Assembly: GCF_000372725.1 (NCBI RefSeq)
Contig: NW_005201165.1
Location: 126,853-190,852, forward strand
Origin: Emiliania huxleyi CCMP1516
Lineage: Eukaryota
Direction: 5' to 3'
DNA length: 64,000 bases
Position numbers and translations under genes: made by a program. Each line of letters begins with the position of its first letter. Position 1 is the first letter of the stretch. The notes under the pieces are model-generated. The model worked only from the letters and a program-made list of their open reading frames with translations. It was not told where the DNA came from and did not search any database. Positions 33,003 to 45,635 of the stretch are shown here, one piece after another.

Positions 33003-34763
33003 GCCGCTGCACACGCAACAAGCTCGTCACGTATTTCGCTCTGCAGCTGCCGCCACGCCAGCTGGTCGGACCTCGTGATGGTGGCGCCCGCGCTGCCCAA
33101 CCGCCGGACCAGCACACCAGAGGGTTTTACCAAGCTGCCACCATTCACGCACTCCGGGCCCTGGGTTGGTTGGGTGGTCCCCCACTTCCTACATACATAC
33201 ATACCCCACTCTGCGCACTCCAGGCCTCCAGATGTTGGTTGGTTGGTCCCGCACTCTCCGCACACATATTGTCTATTACACACATAAGCAGACAGCCCCT
33301 CCCGACGGGGACGCCACCACCCTCGCCCAGGGATCTACAAACAATGCTGTCTTACTTAAGGTCCGACAGGTTCGGCACCGGGCACCGCCTCGGTATACAA
33401 AATGCGCCTGCGGGCGGACCCTTACAGATCACAGATCATTACACACATAACCGTTTTTACACAGCCTTGTCCTTATACAAGGCAAGCACCGAGGCAATTG
33501 CTGCCTTCGCTGTTGCCTTACAATTGTAGCCCTCTCGGCAATGGGGTCGTGAGCCGCCGTCACCGCGAGTGCCGCCTTAAACTTCTTGCGCACCTTGCCC
33601 TTGATTTCTAGATTGTGGACGCGCTGCTCCTCCACCTCGGCGTCGTGCTTGCGCTTCGCCTTCGGTAGGCCGATCACTGAGGCAGTCGTTGCGTCCAGTG
33701 GTGCGCCAGGTCCGATGACTGAGGTCGCAAAGCACGGGCATCGTGGGCGCCCAGCCTTAGGTCTCTCGCGGCCCGCGCGACACTTCCGAGAGATTTCTTC
33801 GTGCTTTCACAGAGGGGGGGTGGGGGGGGGCTGGTTGGCTGGTCCCGCACTTCGCGCACTCGAGGGCCCGGAAACAGTTGGTTGGTTGGTGTGGTCTTTT
33901 GTGCAGTGTGCGTGAATAGCTTGGTCCCTCGGGTGCAGTTTTGGCGTCAGAATTTCTAAAGCTGCGGTCTGTGTACTTCTTGCTTGGGCGGACCTGATGC
34001 CGGGGTAGGTAGGGTAGGTCTGGGCCCTCCCGTCGGGGTTTTCCCTCTCTTCAAGCTGGAATTTCCCCAGCAAAAAAAGAAATTTTCCGCGGAAATCACG
34101 ATGTCACCCCTCCCCAAATGGGTGATCTGATGCTTGTAGGGCTTGAGAGTGGCCTGCTATGTCACAAGAAGGACTGTGGTTGCAGGAGAGTACCACGAGC
34201 CATCACTCTAGTTGGTATAGTACCCCACCTTCACCCCTCGAGTGATTTCTTTTTTTAGTTTCCCATAAGTAAGGTAGGTAGGTAGGTAGGTAGGTAGGGG
34301 CAGGGGAGAGGCCGGCCGGGTTTTTCCAGAATTTCAGCATCAGGTCCGCCCAAGCAAGAAAGAAGTACACACACCTGAAGCTGCTGGCCGAGGTCCCTTG
34401 GTGCCTGGGTGGCGGCGCACCGTTCTCCCATCTCCGTTCCTTTGTGGGCCCGGAGGCGGCTTGGTGGAAGGAAGTGAAAGCGAAACGTGGCTTCTCAAAT
34501 GAAAAAAGAAAAAACAGCGAATATTTTTTGAGCTAGACTTCGTTGTTAATAGGAACAAGCGAAGGCACACACGACATGACGCCAAACACACGATTGCACG
34601 CACCGCACCGCACCTCGCACCCGCGCCCGCCGCCCCCCCGACCCCCGCCCCGCCTAGGTGGGAAAGAGATGAGGAGATGGGACAGCGCAGGATATTTTTT
34701 CCGAAACAGGACCGCCGCCCGAGCGCCCGCAGCGCATCGGTGGCGCGCCACCTCGGAGGCTCC

Positions 34764-37700
34764 ATGGAAATCAATCACCTCGTCACTATACACCTGCAGC
34801 ACGTGGTGGCACAATTACGGACCGACATCCACGACGACCCGTACCGCACGCCTCCCCCGGCGGTGATTGCGCTGCTCCGCTCCTTCCGGGTGGCGAGGCG
34901 CGCGGCGCTGTCGTATGTGGCGGGCGGGTCGTGCCTGCCGTACCTCGAGCCGTTCCTCTCCACCATCACCTGCGAGGAGACCTCAGGCGCCGTCACGCAG
35001 CGCGCCCTCGGCGCCGTCCTTGCGCTGCTGCGCGCAAACGTGCTGTCCGGCGACCACTCGACGGCCGCCCGCGCGGTGTCTGAGATTGTGTACGCGGCGA
35101 CACACTGCCGGTGCGAAGTGACGGACACCTCCTCCGACGAGGTCGTCATCCTCGGCCTCGTCGAGCTGCTGCAAGGAGCCGCCCCCGCTCTCTCCTCCCC
35201 CGCCCTCCCCGCCAGCACCCGCCCCCCGCACGCCACCTCCTCGCCCTCCGCCCTGCGGCACTCGACCCCTCCCACCCCCTCATCACCCCGCAGGTGTCGC
35301 CGCCTGTGATGCCGGCCACCTCCTCACCGATCGCTCCGTCTGCGAGATGGTGCGCTCGTGCTACCGGATCTACTCGGTGACGACCCCCTCCTCCCTCTCA
35401 AGCCCCCTCCTCTCACCCCTCCTCTCACCCCCTCCTCTCACCCCTCCTCTCAGCCCTCCTCTCGCCGCTTCTTGAGCGTCGTCGAGGTTGGCGCCGGCAC
35501 GGGCGGCACGGCATCGAGCGTGCTGCCGCGGCTGCGTCGGGTGTGCGAGCAGTACATGTTCACCGACGTGTCGGAGGTCTTCCTCAACCAGGCGCAGCGG
35601 CGCTTTGCCGAGTACGCCGGCTTCATGCGCTTTGAGCTGCTCAACATCGACGCCNNNNNNNNNNNNNNNNNNNNNNNNNNNNNNNNNNNNNNNNNNNNNN
35701 NNNNNNNNNNNNNNNNNNNNNNNNNNNNNNNNNNNNNNNNNNNNNNNNNNNNNNTCCCCCGCCCCCCCCCTTCCCAAGGCTTCCCCTCCCTTCACCGGAG
35801 GTGGTTTCGCCACTTCGGCCGGAGGGCTCCTTCGGCAAATTAGTGGAGAGCCTTCTTCTCCCGGTGGGACCCGCCACACCCTTCCCACCGCCTCCCACGG
35901 CCTCCCAACCGCTTCCCACCGCCTTCCAACGGCCTCCCACCGCCACCCCTCTCACCGCCCGCCCCCCTCCCTCCCCTCCTCGCCGCCAGCCTCGAGGCCC
36001 TCCCGCCCGCCCGCCTCCGCGTCGCCCCTCTCGGCGCCGCACCGAACTCCGCCGCCATCCTCAACCGACCGTCGGGCCCGCCGCCGCAACCGCCGCCGCC
36101 GACAGCCGCCCCCACCCCGCCCCCGACCGACGCGGCGGCCTCGTCCGGCGGAGAGAGCGGCGCAGAGTCGCAAGACGCCGCAGCGGCGCCGGACGACTCT
36201 TCGGCGGCGGCGGCGAGTGCAGAGGCGGCGGCGAGTGCGGAGGCGACTGGTGCGGACGCGTCGCTCGACGGCGAGGCGCCGCTCGCGGTGGAGCGAGGCG
36301 TGGCCTCGAGAAGCTCACACGCACACACACACACACTGCCACGTGTGCCAGACGCCTCTTGCCTGCCAGCCTCTGCCAGCCTCTCTCTCTCTCGCTGCCA
36401 CCCTTTGCCAACCTCTTCTCGCTGCCTGCGCCGCCGCCCACGCCTGCCGCCGCCGCCTCCGCCCACCTCATCCTTGCCAGCTGAGCCCCTCTCCTTGCGC
36501 GCCCAGGCACGAGCCCGCCGCCAGAGGGCTTTGGCGGCGTCGCCGCGGCCGTCGGGGGCGGGGGCGGCGGCGGGGCAGCAGAGGAGGCGGCGGCACCGTA
36601 CGGCGGCAGCGGGTGCTACGAGGTGCTCCGCTTCTTCCTCGCGCTGATCGAGGGACGCACGCCCGGAGGAGGCGGAGGCGGCGGCGGCCAGGCGAGCAAG
36701 CACACAGCTTGCGAGATCTCGCGCGAGGTCGCCTGCTCTCACCGCAGCCTCGCTCGCCCGCTTCCTGCCCCGCGGCCGCAGGACGGCGCCGCGCGCGAGT
36801 TTGGCCTCTCCCTCCTCCTCGTGGCGTTGCGGGCCGGCGGGCGGGTGCTCGCGCGCGCTCCTGCTTTCGCGGCGCGCGCGCCGGAGGGCGTCTCGGCAGG
36901 TTGGTGGCGGGCGGTGTCTGTTCACACCGCCTGGCTGTGAGCAGGCGCTGCTCGAGGACGACATCTCGCTCTGCATGGTGCAGACCGCCGAGGTGGAGAT
37001 TGCAATCTCGGAGGCGTCATCAGGCCGAGTGTCAGAGGTTCCCGGCGCGTCGTCGGTGCTGTCTCTGGTGCTGCAGTGCGTCGCGGAGGTGCTGCTGCTG
37101 CTCGGGCTCGGAGGGTCGGCGCGCGAGGAGGCGATGCTGTCGCGCATCTACCTGAAGCTGCTGGGCGGAGGGTCGCCCTCCGCCTCGCCGCACCTCCTCC
37201 CTCCGGCGCTGATCGAGACGGCGCTCGAGCACCTCCAGTCCCTCCTCGTCCTGACCGAGCTGCCGCTGCACGTCTACCTCCGCTTCGACTGCCACCCCGC
37301 CCGCGCGGACTTGCTGCAGGAGGGCCGAGCTGAGATGAGCCGAGCTGAGACTAGCCGAGCTGACATGCCACCCGAGAGCGAGGGCGAGCCGAGAGCGAGC
37401 CGAGGGCGAGCCGAGGTGCGGCCAGGGTGTCACATCCACAGCAGAGCTCGCGACTCGTCCCCACAGGACCTCGCCGCCGCCCTCCGCGCCATCGCTGCGC
37501 CGGAGCGGCCGGACCCGAAGCCGGCGGCCAGCGGCGGCGCCGCCCCTGGCGGAGCGCCGCAGCCGCCGCCGCTGCCGTTCGGGTGGGTGGCGCGGGCCGG
37601 CGGTACGGGCGCGCGTCCCCTTGACGGCGGGTCGTGCTGTGAGCAGGTGGGTGGGCGGGCCGGCGTACAGCCGCGCGCGCGAGCTCGCGCTCGAGACGCT

Positions 37701-40700
37701 GCTCGACCTCGTGCAGGCCGTCTCGGCCCTCTCCGACGCGGGCGCGGGCGGCGGCATCAGCCTGGGCGGGGGCGGGGGCGGAGTGGGTGGGGGCGCGCCG
37801 CCGCTGACGCCGCCCGCCGAGCGATCGCGGCGGGCGCTCTGCGCGACGGCGAGCTCCGACGAGCCGGTGGCGGCGGGCGAGGCTGCGGACGTGGCGAGAC
37901 TGGGCCGGCGTGGGGCGGGGCTGGGCGAGGGCCGGCGCTGTTTACGGCTGCGGTGCTGTGCGCAGGCGGGGCTGGTGGAGGTGCACAGGCTGGTGGAGGT
38001 GCTGCGGGCGACCAAGGCGCGCAAGCGGCGCGTGCAGACGGCGGCGGCCGAGTTCAACCGCAAGCCGGGCAAGGGCACGGGTGCGCTCGTGCGGGCAGGC
38101 ATCCTGGCGGAGGGTGCCGCCCCGGTGGAGGTCGCTGCGGCGCTGCGGGCGACGGCGGCGATCGACAAGGCTGCGCTGGGCGAGTTCCTCTCGCTGCCCG
38201 ACCCGAAGGAGGGGCCGCACTTCCACAAGGAGACGCTGGACGCCTTTGTGTCCGGCTTCGACTTTGCCGCCTACCGCATCGACGAGGCGCTGCGCATCTT
38301 CCTGCAGGCGCCCTGCCACCGTCCTCGACCTCGCATGCTCTCGCCCTCTCGCCCCGTCTCCGCCCTCTCGCCCGCTCGCCCTCGGGTGCTTCTCAAACCC
38401 CCCCCCCCCCTCTTCCTGCCGGCCAGGCCTTCCGCCTCCCGGGCGAGGCGCAGAAGATCGACCGCGTGATGGAGGCCTTTGCGGGCGCCTACTACCACGC
38501 CAACCCGGACCCGTTCTACCACCAGGACGCGTGCTACGTGCTCGCCTTTTCGATCATCATGCTCAACACGGACCTGCACTCGACCAAGATCGCCGCCGAG
38601 AACAAGATGACCCTCCCCTCCTTTTGGAGGCAGGCGGAGGGGATCAACGGCTCCACTGACCTGCCGCAGGAGATGCTCACAACCATCTACCACGCCATCA
38701 AGGGCGACGAGATCCGGATGCTCGGGGGCGGGGAGGAGGCGTCCCTCTCGCGCGCGGGGTGGAGGCACCTCGGCGGCGGCGAGGGAGGCGGAGGCGGAGG
38801 TGGCGGAGGCGGCGGCGGCGAGAGCAGCGCCCGCGCCGCCGCCGCGGGGGCGGGCGTGGCTGTGGACGAGTTTGGCGCGACGGTGGACAGCGTGGCGGCG
38901 CTGCTGCACTCGGAGGGCCTCGCGGCAGAGATCCTCTCCGCGCTGCTCTGGGAGCCGACCGTCGCCGCGCTGGCCGCCGCCGCGCGCGCCGCCGCCGCCC
39001 GCGCGCAGAGCGCCGCGTCCGAGGCGCACTCTGCGCCAGAGGGCACCCAAGTCCCGAGGCGTGAGCGGCGCACACTCACGCGCCCGGCTGTGAGTAGGCG
39101 CGGCGTGCCGACGGGCGGGCGCAGCTGGATGCGGTCTACAGCGGGTACGCCGCCGCTTGCCGCCACGCCGCGGCGCACGGCTTGCACGCGCAGATCGACC
39201 AGGTCGCGCGCAGCTTGGCCGCCGCCTCGTCGCTGCAGCAGCCGCTTCGCTCGGCGGCGCAGCCGGCGGCGGCCTTCGCTGGCGCGCTGCCCGCGCGGCT
39301 CGCGGCGGGCGCGTTGCTTCGGCTCGCGCGGGAGGAGGGGCACGCGCTTCGGCGGGGGGGTTGGGACGCCGCCGTCGGCTGCGTGCTCGCGCTCGACGAC
39401 CGCGCCCTCCTGCCGGCCGATTTTGCGCAAGACGCGCCGCTGCTGCCGCCGCACCCGCCGCGGCCGGTAGTGGAGCGGTCCGCCTCGCCGCCAAAGGCAT
39501 CCTTCTCGGGCTGGCTCGCCTCCTCGCTCTCCGCGCTGGTCGTCGGAGGTGCGGACGGGGGCCGGGAGAGCGGCGAGGCCGCCGAGCAGGCCGCGCGGCG
39601 CGAGGTAGAGTCCCTTTGCGTGGCGCACCTCTTTCGAGACTCTGCCCACCTCCCCCTCGACGCGCTCACCGCCCTCGTCGCCGCCCTCTCCGCCGCCGCC
39701 GTCGCCACGCCGCCGCCCGCCGCCCCGCTCCAGCGGCCGCCCTCGCCCCGGGCCCCGGCCGACGCCGCCAGCCCCGCGTCCGGAGCCGGCTCACCGCAGC
39801 CGCCTCCGACGCCCGGCGGCGAGGGGGGAGGCGCCGCGCCAGCGACGCCGCTGCCCCAAGCGTGCGCGCCTCCTCCTTCCACGCCCGTCGCCACGCCGCC
39901 CCCGCTCGCAGCCGTCGGCGGCGGCGCCACTCCCGAGGGCCGCCGCGGCGGTGCGGCGGGTGGCGTGGCGGAGGAGGGCGGCGGCGGGCCGTCTGTGCGG
40001 CGGCGGGCCGTGGCACTGGCGCTGCTGGCAGAGGTGCTCGCGCGCAACCGAGACCGCTTCGAGGTGCGTGCGCCACCGGCAGATCCGCCGAGATTGGTCG
40101 AGATTGGCCGAGATAGGCCGAGGTGGCTGCCCGAGAGAGCCCCCGTTTTTGTGCTCTTCGCCCACAACGCACGCGCCCCCGTCCACCAGACGGCGTGGCC
40201 ACTCGCCGAGCCTTGCTTCGCCGCGGCGCTGGGTGGCGGCGGGCTCGGGGCGGGGGGGGGGGGCGAGAGGGGAGGGATGTTTGCGGCGGCGGCGGTCGAG
40301 CACGCGTCGCATTGTGTGTTGCGGTTGGCGGCGCGGCTGACGCACCGCGAGGGCGCAGTCGAGAGCACGGTGCGGCTGCTGGGCCGCCTGCCGGCGGGCT
40401 TCACGGACGCCGCAGGCGACGTGCCTGGGCCGTCTGCGGCCGCCGACGGGCGGGGCGGGCGGCGCGGCGAAGGAGGGTTGCCGGTGCTGTCGCCAAAGGC
40501 GGCGGCGGCCCTCGGAGCGGAGATGGCGGCGATGTTGTTGGCCGGCGGCGGCGCGGGGCTCGCCACGCGGGGGACTTGGCTCGGGCTCGTTCGCTTCGCG
40601 GCCGCCGTGTCTGCGTCGGCGGACGAGCGCGGCGCTCGCGCCGGCAGCGAGGCGAGACTTGCTCCAGATCTGCCCGATCGCTGCACCGACCGTGTCTCCT

Positions 40701-41923
40701 CCGCCGCCTCCAACCCCCCTCCCCCTCTCCCTCCCGCCCGCCCGCCAGGCGCTCTCCTCGCTGTGCAGCCACTCGGCGCACGCCTGCCCGCTGCACGAGA
40801 GCCTGCCCGAGCTGTGGCCGCTGCTGCTACTGCACGCGCGCGCCTGCCGCACGCCCGCGCATTGCGAGCGCGCCGTCGGCCTGATGGCGGATGTGCACGC
40901 GCGGTTGAGAGAGGAGACAGCGGGCGGGGGCGGCGAGGCGCCGTCGGAGGAGTGGCGCGCCGACTGGCTGCTCGTGCTGCGCGGCTTTTGCTCCCTCTGC
41001 CTCGACACGCGGCTGCCTTGCCGCGACGCGCCGCTGCTGGCGCTTCAGCGCGCGGCGCGCGCACGCGGCCTCCCGAAGCCTCGCCCCATGGCGGGTGGCG
41101 TCTCTTCACGCCCGTCTCTCGCCGTGCACAGGTCTTGGCGGGCGACCCTCCGGCGCTGCCTCCCGCAGTGTGGGCAGAGGCGTTCGAGCAGGCGCCGCAC
41201 CCTCCCCGCTGCTGAGAGGGGCCGCTGTGGACGGCCTCCCGTCACCGCGTGCGGCTGCGACTAGGCGGTCTTCCCTCTGCTGACCGAGCTGCTGCGCCAG
41301 TGGGTCGCAGCGACGGACGCAGCCGAGCAGGAGAGGCTGATGCTGCGAGGCGTGACGCTCCTCTCAAAGGCCTTCCTGCACCACCTCTCCGGCCTGCTCT
41401 CGCTCCGCAGCTTCCACCTGCTCTGGCGCGCAGCCAAGATGCAGCCGAGACGCAGTCGATACGCGGCGAGGGAGGGGAGAAGGTTGCTCACTACCCCTCA
41501 CCACCCCTCCCTCCCCAGGCTGCGTGCGCTCGAGTTGCTCGAGCAGTTCCTGCGCGCGCCCCAGTCGGAGCTGCTCGCCGAGGCGGTGCCTGAGACGCTC
41601 AAGAACATGCTCCTCGTCATGGGCGCGCGACACTTCCGAGACTGCTCCTCGCCACGCCGCGCTCTCCCTCCCACCGCGCGCTATGCCAACCTCCCCGCCC
41701 GCTTGCGTGAATGCATGCCGGTGACACGTGCGCGACGCGTGCCGCAGGCGCGTCGGGCGCGTTCGAGAGCCGCGCGCGCGTCGGCGACACGCCGCAGACG
41801 CTCGCGCAGCTGACGGCGGCTGTCGTGGAGACGATGTGCCCCCAGCTGTCGGGGTCCCCGGACTTGGCCGGACTGTGGCATGAGGCGCAGCCGGCGGCCG
41901 CGCCCGCGGTCGCTGCGGCCTGA
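34764..41923 (+). CDS. GBF1: Large Sec7-domain ARF-GEF of the GBF1/GNOM class, multi-exon, spans an N gap
   Basis: DCB-like 'YLEPFLSTITCEETSGAVT...ATHCRCEVTDTSSDEVVI'; HUS-like 'YLRFDC'; Sec7 'FRLPGEAQKIDRVMEAF' and 'YVLAFSIIMLNTDLH'; GBF1-type C-terminus 'LLSKAFLHHL...EAVPETLKNMLLVM'. Confidence 0.9.
35470..35654 (+). other. Isolated exon-like fragment of a PKS-type SAM-dependent C-methyltransferase domain
   Basis: 'VVEVGAGTGGTASSVL...YMFTDVSEVFLNQAQRRF...MRFELLNID' has motif I and the FTDVS motif of type I PKS/NRPS methyltransferase domains; it abuts the N gap. Confidence 0.75.
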
Positions 41924-42255
41924 GGGGCGCCCGCGAGGCGGGCCACCATGCCGTGCGGCGAGGCGGCGTGTTGCTGTGTTGGGCGTTGCTGCCGCTAGCT
42001 GGGGGCGGGGCGAGATCAGCCCAACGAAAGCAATGGCAAGCGGCAGCTCCGGTTGGCGGGCTGAGGACTGTGTGGGGAGGCGTCGTGGGAACCGCCCTGT
42101 GCGCCTCCTCGCTTTGTGTATAGCGTGTGACATGGAAAGGAAATCATGAGACGCCCGGGAGAGAAGCTCGCAAAGCGAAACCTATTGCAATACTTCGGGG
42201 GGTCCTGCGGGGTTAGATCTCGGCACCGCCCAACGCAGCGCTGGACGGAAAACTG

Positions 42256-42858
42256 ATGGAGGTTGCAGCTGTCATCTGTGTCGGCGTCATCTCCAGCGCG
42301 ATTGCCGACCATCTCCAATACAGACGAACTCGTTCGAGGGAGAAGCAGCGCGACGTCGATGACATCATCGATGACATCACGCTCGTCGCCCAAGCTGCCG
42401 AGCTGACAGGGTGGGACGAGCGGATGTGGCGCACCGAAGCAAGCCTAGCGCTCGTGCGTGCAGTCGACGCCCTGCCGACGCGCACATTCACGTCCGAAGA
42501 GGCGACAGGGGCCGACAACTGCTGCGCGGTCTGCCTCGCCGAATTTCGTGAAGGCGCGTGCGCAGCTTCGAGATCCAGGCGGCGAGACCCTGACGGCGCT
42601 GCGCCCGCTCTGTAGGCGGGGTCCTGCGTGACCTAACCTGCGGCCATCTGTTCCACAAGGCGCGCTCGGACATATCTGTCTCACCCAATCACCTTATGAC
42701 GGGATAACAAACGACTTGTCCAGGCGTGCGTCGACCGCTGGCTTCTAACTGCGCAGAAGAATTCGGCTTTGCCCGCATGCCCACTCTGCAAGACCGTTCC
42801 ACGCTCGTTGCCGTCTGCTGCCAAGCCGAAGCTTCGGCTCTTCTCCTCCTCGTGGTGA
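42256..42858 (+). CDS. RING-H2 finger protein, 3 exons with GC donors
   Basis: CAVCLAEFREG | GVLRDLTCGHLFHK | ACVDRWL...CPLCK, with a hydrophobic N-terminus. Confidence 0.85.
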
Positions 42859-42981
42859 GGGTGAGGTCACGTGTATTCTGAGTGGCTGCAGGAGTCCGTA
42901 AGGGGATGTGCGGCCGCTCACACTCTGTATTTGATAGATCGTGTATTTGATAGATCGTGCTTGTCGGCGCCTGTGTGTCAG

Positions 42982-43111
<130 letters not shown>

Positions 43112-43299
43112 CCCTGAGCGCGGTTTCGCGTCGGTCTCTCTTGTGTGTGACTCTTTTGTGCGTGAGTTTTGTGTCCCGAGTGCCGAGAGGTGCGGCTCGC
43201 TCTGCGTGCAGCTGTGTTATTCGTGTATATTACGTCGTGTCTGCGCATTGGCACGCTGGAGCTCTCTGGTGTCACTGTTATGACATTATATCCGACATA

Positions 43300-43844
43300 C
43301 TAGTATGCACCGGGACATCTTTCACAATCACAGAGCTCTGAGTACGGCAGAGCGGCCACGCAAAGCGCCTGGCCCATCGCCACCAGCAGGTGCCACGCGC
43401 AGTGCGGAGCCCAGTAGCCCTCTCCCTTCGGACTCGGGCTCTGGACGACGTACTTGAAATAGAGCGCGGCCGTCACCAGGACCACCTCGGTCGCGGCGAC
43501 GGCGGGAGAGACGTGTCTCAGCAGCGGCGCCTCGCCAGGAACGCCGCCGTCGCAGCCACTTGATCTGCAGTGCTAGCAAACTGCTCTCCAGAGGAATGGT
43601 AGGCGAAGCTGGTGGCGCCGGAGGCGACGAGGAGGGCGCCTCGGAACGGCATGCCCTTTTCGGCATACGCGCCTCCAATAACCGCGTACAGGAGGTTGGA
43701 GCAGACCAAAAAGTCGGTCCACCCCCGCCGCCGCGTCCACGCGAGGCGCATCCGCCGCAGAGCTCCGCCGCAGCAGCGGCTGGCGGCGGAGCGGTGGCGC
43801 GACGGCGGAGCGGCGGAGAAGAATTTTACAACCGTCGGTCGCAC
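43300..43844 (-). CDS. Small CREST-superfamily-like membrane protein (ceramidase/PAQR/TMEM8-type motifs), spliced
   Basis: 'SNLLY', 'SFAYHS...DQ' and 'HCAWH' match the SxxxH, D and HxxxH CREST motifs within hydrophobic helices. Confidence 0.6.
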
Positions 43845-43949
43845 GACGGCCGCGAGGTGGCATGAAGGTTGCAGCGAGAATCGGCGAGAGACTGCGAAAA
43901 GAGATAGGAAGGGGCAGACTCCCTAGGGTGGGCGACGGCTAGCGCATCA

Positions 43950-44205
43950 CACTCCTCTCCTTAAAATCCCTGTGTGGTGGCGGCGTGCCGTCCTCCCATC
44001 CCTCCCTTGGGTTGTCTGTTTTCTTTCTTTTACGATTCACGCGACAGGCGAGGCGCGGGCGACAGCTTCCTCGGAGAAGAAATTTGGTGTCTCTCTCGCT
44101 CTGTCGCTGATCGTCCTTACAAGATCCTGCTCGTGCAGGTGGGGACCTTGTCCTCCTCCCATCCCTCGTTTGGTTTGTCGCTGTTCTTTCTTTTCTTTCT
44201 TTCGC
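43950..44205 (+). mobile_element. Tandem pair of short retroposon 3'-end copies (type B then type A), each ending in a T-rich (TTTC)n tail
   Basis: CTCTCCTTAAAATCCCTGTGTGGTGGCGGCGTGCCGTCCTCCCATCCCTC is the reverse complement of ~28940-28990. CTGATCGTCCTTACAAGATCCTGCTCGTGCAGGTGGGGACC matches 6638-6680. Confidence 0.75.
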
Positions 44206-44269
44206 TCTCTCGCTCCTCGCTCGCTCACTCACACTCTCTCTCTCTCTCTCACTCTCGCTCTCGCTCTCG

Positions 44270-44335
<66 letters not shown>

Positions 44336-44398
44336 CGCTCTCGCTCTCGCTCTCGCTCTCGCTCTCGCTCTCGCTCTCGCTCTCTCGCTCTCTCTCAG

Positions 44399-44452
<54 letters not shown>

Positions 44453-44494
44453 TCTCGCTCTCTCTCTCGCTCTCTCTCTCTCGCTCTCTCTCAG

Positions 44495-44543
<49 letters not shown>

Positions 44544-44560
44544 CTCGCTCTCGCTCTCTC
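44205..44560. repeat. Long compound (CT)n/(CTCGCT)n microsatellite
   Basis: Read directly. Confidence 0.97.
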
Positions 44561-44884
44561 GTACGTGTAGAGAATTTTGAAACCCAACCACAAATCATGA
44601 CTCTCACAGTGATTTGGGCTCGGCAGCTTGTTGGGGCCGGTCCCGTAGCCGAGAGAGCCCCTTGTTTCTCACTTTCTGAGGTAAGAACGCTCGGACTGTG
44701 GGCGGTACGAATATAGAAGACTGGTGCCTGATATGCTGCCTCCCTGCGGATGCTGCCGGCGAGCCTGGCGGTCCGCTGTTACTACAAGGATGTGCTGACT
44801 CGATCCCCCCCCGCAATCTTCTACCCCCACGACTCGGAACACGAATGTGACAGGACCCATCGGGTCCTTCACAGGTCAGAGAGA

Positions 44885-45361
44885 GAGATTTTTGAAAATC
44901 AACAAGAAATCACGACTCCCACAGTGATTTGGGCTCGGCAGCTTGTTAGCCCTCAGCCGAAGCTGGAAGCTGGGGCCGGTCCCGTAGCCGAGAGAGCCCG
45001 CGCCGTGAGTTCGACGCGGTCGGGAGGCTTGCGGAGAGGCCAGCGAGGTGGCGATCGCTGTACTTCATGGTGTCATCAAGTGACCGGCTGACAAGCCAGA
45101 GGTCGATACTCTGGACGACCCATAGGATGCCACGAATGCCTGAGGCTAGGCCTGAAGGAGAGGGAGGCGAGGCCAGAGGCAGACTCAGCTGCTCTCGGGT
45201 GATCTCGCTTTCATGGTGGCTGAATGAAGGAAGAAGTAGACGACGCGGGCTCTCTCGGCTACGGGACCGGCCCCAGCTTCGGCTGAGGGCTGACAAGCTG
45301 CCGAGCCCAAATCACTGTGGGAGTCGTGATTTCTTGTTGGTTTTCAATTGCTAAAAATCTC
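44885..45361. mobile_element. MITE-like element with ~120-bp terminal inverted repeats starting GAGATTTTT; extra TIR copies at ~44571-44661 and (diverged) ~52619-52684
   Basis: 44885-45005 and 45241-45361 are reverse complements (CAACAAGAAATCACGACTCCCACAGTGATTTGGGCTCGGCAGCTTGT...GGGGCCGGTCCCGTAGCCGAGAGAGCCCGCG). No clear TSD. Confidence 0.8.
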
Positions 45362-45635
45362 AAACAAACAAATCTCAAATCTCTCCCCCCCCCTGGATGA
45401 TTGGTTGGATGGGTGGAGACAAGCAAGGAGGATCTCTCTCTCACGCCTTACTTAGGTGTGTTGGCGAAGTTATCATGAAGGAAAACAATTCGCGTTGACA
45501 CGCGTCGGCGAGCGTTCTCGGGCACCTTGCAAGCGAGGGGAATGGGATTGAGAAGCCGGGGGGGATAACTCTCACCGCCTCAATTCGACGGCGCAATCCT
45601 TGCTCAACAGCATCTCTCTCTCTATTCCTCGTCGC

